A stretch of DNA of 64,000 bases from Eledone cirrhosa. Its lineage: Eukaryota. The stretch lies in contig OZ024743.1 of assembly GCA_964016885.1 (NCBI GenBank), positions 326,740,001 to 326,804,000 on the forward strand. Reading direction: 5' to 3'. Each line of letters begins with the position of its first letter. Within the stretch, counting starts at the first letter, position 1. The notes under the pieces are model-generated. The model made no database searches and was not told where the DNA came from. It saw only the letters and a program-made list of their open reading frames with translations. Shown here piece after piece: positions 56,470-64,000 of the stretch. The position numbers were made by a program, and so were the translations under genes.

Positions 56470-57610
56470 TTTCAGCTGATTGTATTTGCGATCACATTGT
56501 TTAGGTGATTACCCAAGATTCGTGACCATAGGTAAGGGTTGGCACGGATACTGAATTGTAGATAGCAAGTTTGGCTTTTACGCCTACCTCTCTTCTGATT
56601 ACTGAATGCTGAAGCTGGCGCATTACTGCACCAGCTCCTGCATTCTTGTACTTAATTCAGCTTCCTGCCTTCTATCACTTATGAACACTGCCCTGAGATA
56701 CTTGAACTTCTCCACCTGCTTCAGTGGAACTCCATTAACATGGAGAGTGTACTGCGCAGGCTTGCTTGAGAGGATGAGTGTCTCAGTTTTTGCCGCACTG
56801 ATTTTCATTCCAGCCATGCAGCTCTCAGCATCAAACTTATCGAGTGCAAGTTGGAAATCACCTTCTGTCGAGTTAGGTAATACCATGTCATCTGTAAATT
56901 CCAGCCGACTGATTTTACATCCGCCAGTCATTACACAACTTCTAACCTGGTTGCACATGTCAATCCTGTTCATGTGAATAATGAACAAGAGAGGTGACAG
57001 TACACACCCTTGGCAGAGTTTGATCCCCATATTGAATGGTTTCAATTTAGCACCATTTATCTGAACACAAATACTCAGGCTTTCATATAGAGACATCAAG
57101 GCAGCAGGAAGCTGACCCTTGACCCCATACTCCTGCAGAACCTTCCACAGCAGGTCCCGTGGAACATGGATATATGCCTTTTCAAGTTTAACAAAACAAG
57201 AATATACCTCTTCACAATATTCCCACGATTTCTCAAAGACCTGCCACAATGTGAATATTTGGTCAGCTGTGCTGCGTCTGGGGCGAAAGCCACATTGACC
57301 ATCAGTTAGCTTGGATTCGATAATTTCCCTACGTCTCTTTGCCAAACACTTAACATTGACTTTACCGGGGAGGCTTAACAAAGAGATCCCTCTGTAATTG
57401 GAACAATCTCTTTTGTCTCCCTTTTTGGAAATTGGGATTATCACTCCTGATTGCCATTGCTTAGGTGCTTTTCCAAAGGTCCAGGCCACCCGGCACACAC
57501 AAATCAGGCAGAGAATACGTTCTCTATTTAAGGTTTTTAACATCTCTGGCCACATTTGAGCTCTTTAACTGCTCTTGTGACCTCAGCCGCTGAGAGATTA
57601 ATCACTGCTC
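56470..57610 (-). mobile_element. RTE LINE RT fragment of a different (BovB/Expander-like) lineage
   Basis: WQSGVIIPISKKGD..CSNYRGISLLSLPGKV, QCGFRP.RST.DQIF, QGCVLSPLLF, FTDD, VEKFKYL. Confidence 0.85.
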
Positions 57611-57614
57611 CCCG

Positions 57615-58372
57615 TCATTTCTGTTATTCTTCCCTACATGTTTCAGTCCTTGGTGTCCTTTTACATCATGGATCACAGGCCTCGCACACAAGGATTGAAC
57701 AAAGTCTGATTCATAGCCTTGGGTCCTATTCCTCTCTTGGACTCAACTCACCTCCCCAATTTCTCTAATACCCTGTCCATTATCACACCCCTAGATTCCT
57801 ATCACTTTCTCTTGATCATTAACATCTTCTCTTACAACTAATACAGGCCGACTATATATGCTCACTCCACTTTTCCCTTCACATACACACTTTTATATTA
57901 AAATACTTTTGCTCATAGCTTCATACTTACATGCACACACACTCTTTTACTCACATATACACACACATATCTTCTTAGCTTCGCACAAACGTATAATAAC
58001 ACACACACACATGCTTACGCACGTGCACAAGTATAGCTCTTTTTACAAGACGTTTTTTTTTTCCATTTCAGGTAGACGCACTCCATCATCCACTTTCTAA
58101 AAAATAAATCATACACAAAATGCCAGCACCAACAGTTTTGCAAGAGATGTCAACATGAATGGACCTGTTATTTTTATCTAAGGACATTTTTTTTCCAATT
58201 CCAACCCGCCCGTCCCCTCAATCTATCTTATTTCTCATTCTTTCTTCTGATGAAGGACTAGCGTCTGAAACGTTAAGACCCTCTTCCTGCTATATCAAGC
58301 GTTAACCTAATATATCCCTTCCATATACTGTATCGATTGTATTGTTATTTCTGTTTACCTTTTACATACATA
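57615..58372 (+). mobile_element. Penelope-like element 3' end (GIY-YIG C-terminus plus pLTR with hammerhead)
   Basis: HF...SLHVSVLGVL...G....RIEQSLIHSLG....GLN-stop matches the PLE endonuclease end; hammerhead at 58243-58278; ends in (TA)n. Related pLTR pieces at 16680-16955, 40690-40890, 44500-44950. Confidence 0.7.
58243..58278 (+). ncRNA. Minimal hammerhead ribozyme in Penelope pLTR
   Basis: tctt-CTGATGA-a-ggac-tagc-gtct-GAAA-cg-TT-aaga. Confidence 0.72.
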
Positions 58373-60786
58373 TATATATATAATTGAATAAACAAGAGAG
58401 ATGAACACTAATATAAACATACATGTGTTCGAATCGTAAGGACCAAAATTTGCTAGGGTGAAAAAATACTAACTACAGCAATATAGTTTGTTATCCTTAA
58501 CTTTTAAATATTAAATGAAGAAAAATTAAGAAAAATAACAGACCTATATTGGAGACTGTTTTGCAATGACTTATTAAGTGAAGTTTTCACGTTTCTCTGC
58601 TCCTCAGTAATTTTTGAGAAATTAGTGATCCTTTCACTTCTAAAAATATTAGAGAATGAATTGTGTACGATATGAATTATCGCACGTGTCATTCGGAACC
58701 CAGCTTGTCTCGAAATTCCCTGCCGCTAAAAATAGCAGCCTGGCTGACAGGACAATAAAAATTAGCTCTACATGATGGAGCTGACAAATATATATTGAGT
58801 TAAGAACTCAGAGTAGTCTCTTACAATTAAATAGCTCTAAGAAAAAAGCTTTTCCGAGCCGTGTATTTATGTTTTTACATTTGTGTCTGTTGTATTTATT
58901 TATGCCTCAAAAAAAGATATTGATAAAATAAGTACCATATTTGAAAAAATAAAAAAATATGTAGTGGGGTTGATATGATTGACTAAATCAAGGTGGTGCC
59001 CCAGCATGGCCACAGTCTAATGACTGAGACCAGTAAAGAAAATAAAAGAATAAAAATAGCATGATTTTACTGTTGCTTAAGTCAATAGCAATATTATTTG
59101 CTGACAGACTTCTTAAATAGAGTCCCTGTTGCTATTGGTTTATTTGATGTTCATCCCAGCACTAACCTTAATTAAGCAGACCTATGATCAAAGACATTCC
59201 AGTGATATACATACCATCTTTTTAACCTTTTGTTACCATATTTCTAATGGAAGAAACTGCCAATGATTTTCATATAAACTTATAACATAATCAAGAATTT
59301 GGTGAGATTTAGTAATATAAATAAGTTTCTCATTATAAATTTGGTGTTTGGAATGTAACTTAACAAAGGCTCGTACATAAAGTTATGATGCAAAGTTATT
59401 ATCGTAGAACTCGGAGCGATTTCAGAGGATTTAGAAATGTTTTCTAAGGTATTTGAGGGAGATTTAGCAACTATTTCTAATAGATCAGGCAACCACATAG
59501 AGGCTCCCCCTGGTGGTTTGATAGACTACTCCTTGCTTAACACGTTGAACTGTGCTGTTTATGGTTTAACCCTTCCATGACCGTAGTTCTGATGAAATCC
59601 ACGACAATATGATTAATTAATGAAGAATTTGGATTTTTCATTTCATTTTACGTCCACTTTTCCCGGGAACTGATTCTGGCTTGATTTCTACAGCTGAATG
59701 CCCTTCCTAACACCAACCTCATTTACAGTGAGTGCTGGGTGCTTTTTTTTCCATGGCGCCTATACATCCACTTTACAGTGTGGGCTGGGTGCTTTTATGC
59801 CATGGCACCTCCACGACCACTTTGCAGTGGAATGATAGGGTCCCTATCATCTCATTTCTACAGCTGAGTGAACTGGAGCAATGTGAAATAAAGTGTCTTG
59901 CTCAAGGAAACAACACATCACCCGGTCTGAGAATTGAACTCACAACCTTTTGATTGCAAGGCCAATGCTCTAACCACTAAGCCATGTGCCTTCACATGGA
60001 TGGATTTAATAAAAACATTAATCAATAATAGTTGAGAAAATTGGGTAAAGTGGCCAGAGGCTCCTATTATTATGGTCATTTGTGCTGGGATGCACACATT
60101 TGAAATTTCAAATTTTCCACTTTGTTTAATTATTTCCTTGTTTAGTGACCTTTGCACAAGCTGATTCCTTTAATTTCTTTCAGGGCAACTTAGACCTTTT
60201 GATATCAAACTGCCCCACATGCTGTGATACAAAACTGTTTATTTTAATGTGTTTATATTTATCTAAAAATATTCTTTCATAATTTTATTTAAGAACCTCT
60301 GTTAAGTTGTTTCAAACACCAGCTTAGTAATGAAAAAGTTGGTTATACTAAATCTCTCAAAAATTTTTGATTGATTTCAAAATTATAGACAGTGTCTTGT
60401 CAGATAAAAAAATATATATATAAATAGAAAAATAATATATTTTTAAATAAATAAATAAAAAGATATTCTTGTCTCTCACTTCAGCTAGAGGCTTTCCAGA
60501 ACAGAGCTAATGAAAACATCATAGCATTAGCATTTTTTCAAGCAAGTGATTCCTTACAAAAATAAGTATCCTTTGATTTCTGATAATATGAAGAACATAG
60601 TACTTGGTTATCTTAATAGCTTTATTCAGCCCTTGAAAAACCATTATTTTTAGTAAGCTATTTGGTGAATGTGACTCATTATGGAAATAATAAGGTTCTT
60701 CAAAGTCAGGAAGACTTAAGAGGTTTTGAATAAGATTTCTACTGAATCCAAAGCTAGTACTGCACTGATATTACTGTAGTACATAC

Positions 60787-60939
60787 AAAATGAAATACAC
60801 TTAGAGGTGGCACACACCATAAAACATGTCAGCATTGTAATCAGTTCTTTTGTTGATATCAAAGCTTCCTCACTAACACTAATGGTTCTAGAACAAAACC
60901 ATTTTGGCTCAGTGAAGATAACTACACCATTTCCCTTAT
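60787..60939 (-). CDS. Putative exon of an unidentified gene
   Basis: ttgttaatag acceptor, GTATGT donor, open frame [51 protein letters not shown]; no homology recognised. Confidence 0.3.
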
Positions 60940-61150
60940 CTATTAACAAAACTGGTAAAATCATTATTATTATTATTATAAATAAATACACACACACATA
61001 TGTGTGTGTGTGTGTCTGTGTCTGTGTGTATATAAATATATATATATAAATATACATGCATGTATATATAAACATATATATATATATATATATACATGTG
61101 TATATGTATATATATATATGTATATATAAACATATATATATGTATATATA

Positions 61151-61220
<70 letters not shown>

Positions 61221-61567
61221 AACATATATATATATATATATATATAATGAATAAAATAACAGGAAGCTGGACTGGTGTAAATCCTTGAAAAGTTTATTAT
61301 ACTATGATCATTTCAATGACCGGGTTCCGTATGAATCCGGTGATATCATCAGGTATTCGAAATATAACAAAGGAATATATAAAAATCCATGGGTCCGAAA
61401 ATCAGAGACAGAGAGGACGACTGACCAACTAGCTGTTTTCACCTCGGTCAGTCACCCTCAAGTGATGGCTATTCGGTCTACTAATGACCATCTGGTGAAG
61501 GGGCGAAGGCTTATAATGTACTACCACCTCTCCATGGATTTTTATATATTCCTTCGATATATTTCGA

Positions 61568-61625
61568 ATACCTGATGATATCACCGGATTCATACGGAAC
61601 CCGGTCATTGAAATGATCATAGTAT
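61568..61625 (+). ncRNA. Minimal type-I hammerhead ribozyme (second copy 61299-61356 minus)
   Basis: atac-CTGATGA-tatcaccgg...ccggtcatt-GAAA-tgatca-TA-gtat, followed by AATAAA. Confidence 0.82.
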
Positions 61626-61676
61626 AATAAACTTTTCAAGGATTTACACCAGTCCAGCTTCCTGTTATTTTATTTA

Positions 61677-61731
<55 letters not shown>

Positions 61732-61899
61732 AAAGTAATAAATAGATAATAATGCTAATGGTTTCTAATTTAGGCACAAGGCCTGCAATTTATGAAGAGG
61801 AGAAAATCAAGTATGCCAACCCTAGTATTTTATTAGTTTTATTAACCTTGAAAGTATGAAAGACAAAGTTGATAATAATAAAGAATTATTATTTATAAT

Positions 61900-63208
61900 A
61901 GGGCGGTGGATTGGCAGTATCGGTAGAGAGTCGAACGCCATGCTTTCCAGCATAGTTACGTCCCTTTACGGTCTGAGTTCAAATCCCGCCGAGGTTTACT
62001 TTGCCTTTCATCCTTACGGGGTCGATAAAAATAAAGTACCAGTAATACACTGGGATAATTGCTGTGCCAAAAGTAGAAACAATTATTAACTCTTAACATC
62101 CTGTAATGATTTAGCAGAAAATACTTAAAACGGATTTGTTAATTCATGTTTGCAGTATCTTTGCTAGTGGGCAGGTCTTCGAGGAAATTTGTAGTAGACT
62201 TAAGTAAAGACTTGAATTTTTAATGCGATGCAGTCATAAGTTCTGTTTTGTACTTTTCAAGAATGTTTTGCTAATGTGGTTTCATGTGGTACAGGATATT
62301 CAGAATTAAGTTGGTAGATAAAGAATCAATAGTGTCCAAGACAAAATACCTTGAATTTAGATTGTGTGTTAAATCCTGCCAAGGTGAACTTTGCCTTTCA
62401 TCCTTCTACGATTGACAAAATAAAGTACCAGTCACATACTGAGTTCGATGTAAACAACTTTCCTCTCCCTCGAAATTGCTGGCCTTGTACCTGAATCAGA
62501 AACCATCATTATATCCTGTCGAGGTTAACTTTGCCTTTCATCCTTACGGGGTCAATAAAATACCTTGTACCAAAAGTAGAAACAACTATTATTATTATTA
62601 TAAGGACAGTGGATTGGCAGTATCGGTGGAGCATCAGAAAGATGCTTTGCAGCCTACAGTTACGGCCTTTGCTTTCTAAATTCAAATTCCGGTTGAAGTT
62701 AACATTGAAGCAGAACATATGACCTTTCAAGGTCGATAAAATAAAGAACCAGTAATGTACTGGAATCAATTTAATCAACTCCCCCCCCTCAAAATTGCTG
62801 GCTTTGTGCCTAAATTAGCAACCATTATTACAGTTGGATTGGCAGTATCAGTAGAGGGTCGGATGCCATGCTTTCCAGCATAGTTACGTCCCTTTACGAT
62901 CTGAGTTCAAATCCCGCCGAGGTTGACTTTGCCTTTCATCCTTACGGGGTCGATAAAATAAAGTACCAGTAATGCACTGGGTAATTGCTGGCCTTGTGCC
63001 TAAAGTAGAAACAATTATTACAGTTACTGGGCAGTATCGGTAGAGGGTCGGATGCCATGCTTTAAAGCATATAGCTACCTCCCTTTATGATCTGAGTTCA
63101 AATCCGGCCGAGGTTAACTTTGCCTTTCATCCTTACGGGGTCGATAAAAATAAAGTACCAGTAATACACTGGGATAATTGCTGTGCCAAAAGTAGAAACA
63201 ATTATTAT
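61900..63208 (+). repeat. Head-to-tail cluster of 5-6 copies of the Nin/Deu-like SINE
   Basis: Copies ~61900-62088, 62370-62600 (partial x2), 62604-62830, 62835-63020, 63028-63208, each ending in ATTATTA. Confidence 0.85.
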
Positions 63209-63679
63209 AGTCACTGCATTACCAAACACAGCTCCATGTACCTTGGGTATGTGCAGTGTTTCTTATGGTATTGTTATATTTATTGTATTGAGAGTACTCT
63301 TTACAATATGTGTGCAGTGCCTAGTAGTGTTATTTTCTGTGTCGTATATATTTGTAAGTCCTGGGGCTTTGATTAGGTATCTGTTATTGTGTTTTTTATC
63401 ATTACCAGATCACCTATTATTATAGGGAACCCATGCAAGAATGGAAAAAGACGGACATAAAAACGATGATGATGATGATGATTGTTTGTTTTCATCGTCC
63501 ACATTTAGGTTATTTCTATCTCCAGATTTTTATATTTGGATCATTTTTCCATTTCCTTGATAGATTATATGTTTTTGGTTTGATTTATAATGTTATTTAT
63601 ATAACATTTTAAAAGGCACTCAATACATGTGTGAAAGTGACGTCTGAACGAGTATCCTCCACTACCAACTAACTTACCC

Positions 63680-63812
63680 TCCACCTCTGGGTCCCAGCAG
63701 ACAGGATGGAGAATGCATTGTCCCAGAGGACAGCAAGGGAGACGCGTTGGAACAGCCACTCCACCTCGCGGGGCTTGCACCTGCGAGCAACCAACTCCAC
63801 TCTGGGGGAATG
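63680..63812 (-). mobile_element. CRE-clade 3' fragment, same family as 3862-5345
   Basis: ELVARRCKPREVEWLFQRVSLAVLWDNAFSILSAG vs ATRRYKPRELEWFFEHISLTILRGNAFSILSAG at 5233. Confidence 0.8.
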
Positions 63813-63824
63813 ATACATCAGTTA

Positions 63825-64000
63825 GAAAGTTCTTTAAGATCTTTAACTACATTATCAGGTTGGCTGTCTTTGATCTCAGTGTCTGTATGTATTAGCATAT
63901 CCCGGAATATGGTTACTTTGTTATGCTCTGACACCTTTTCTAATGTATGTCTGTAGCACCTCTTTTCTGAGCTATTTCATAGATTTGGCATAACTTCCAA
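63825..64000 (-). mobile_element. R4/Dong-like REL endonuclease fragment
   Basis: WKLCQIY... then frameshifted EKVSEHNKVTIFRDMLIHTDTEIKDSQPDNVVKD (KV.EN..V.ILWD..I.TD..I....PD consensus). Confidence 0.6.

Noticed and set aside
63678-63780. GC-rich exon with a GTAAGT donor
   Set aside because: Another frame matches the CRE element C-terminus at 5233-5345.

Overview
AT-rich, repeat-dense animal genomic DNA. The repeat repertoire (RTE LINEs with (ATG)n tails, tRNA-derived SINEs, very long (TA)n tracts) suggests an octopod/cephalopod host; this is inference. The left half (262-30189, minus strand) holds 14 phase-compatible GT-AG coding exons of an intact secreted M8 (leishmanolysin-family) metzincin that resembles vertebrate CIROP/LMLN2 rather than invadolysin; the gene continues off the left edge. 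One intron carries an orphan antisense fragment of POLR3E (RPC5). The rest is mostly mobile DNA: several RTE LINEs (one near full length, two near-identical young copies), CRE- and R4/Dong-like REL LINE fragments, a Penelope 3' end, at least three SINE families and piggyBac/hAT/Tc1 MITEs. The most striking unannotated signal is a set of at least six sequence-unrelated minimal type-I hammerhead ribozymes, most in ORF-less fold-back or permuted-tandem cassettes beside (TA)n tracts (Penelope-LTR/retrozyme-like). All homology calls come from manual reading and recall, not database searches.
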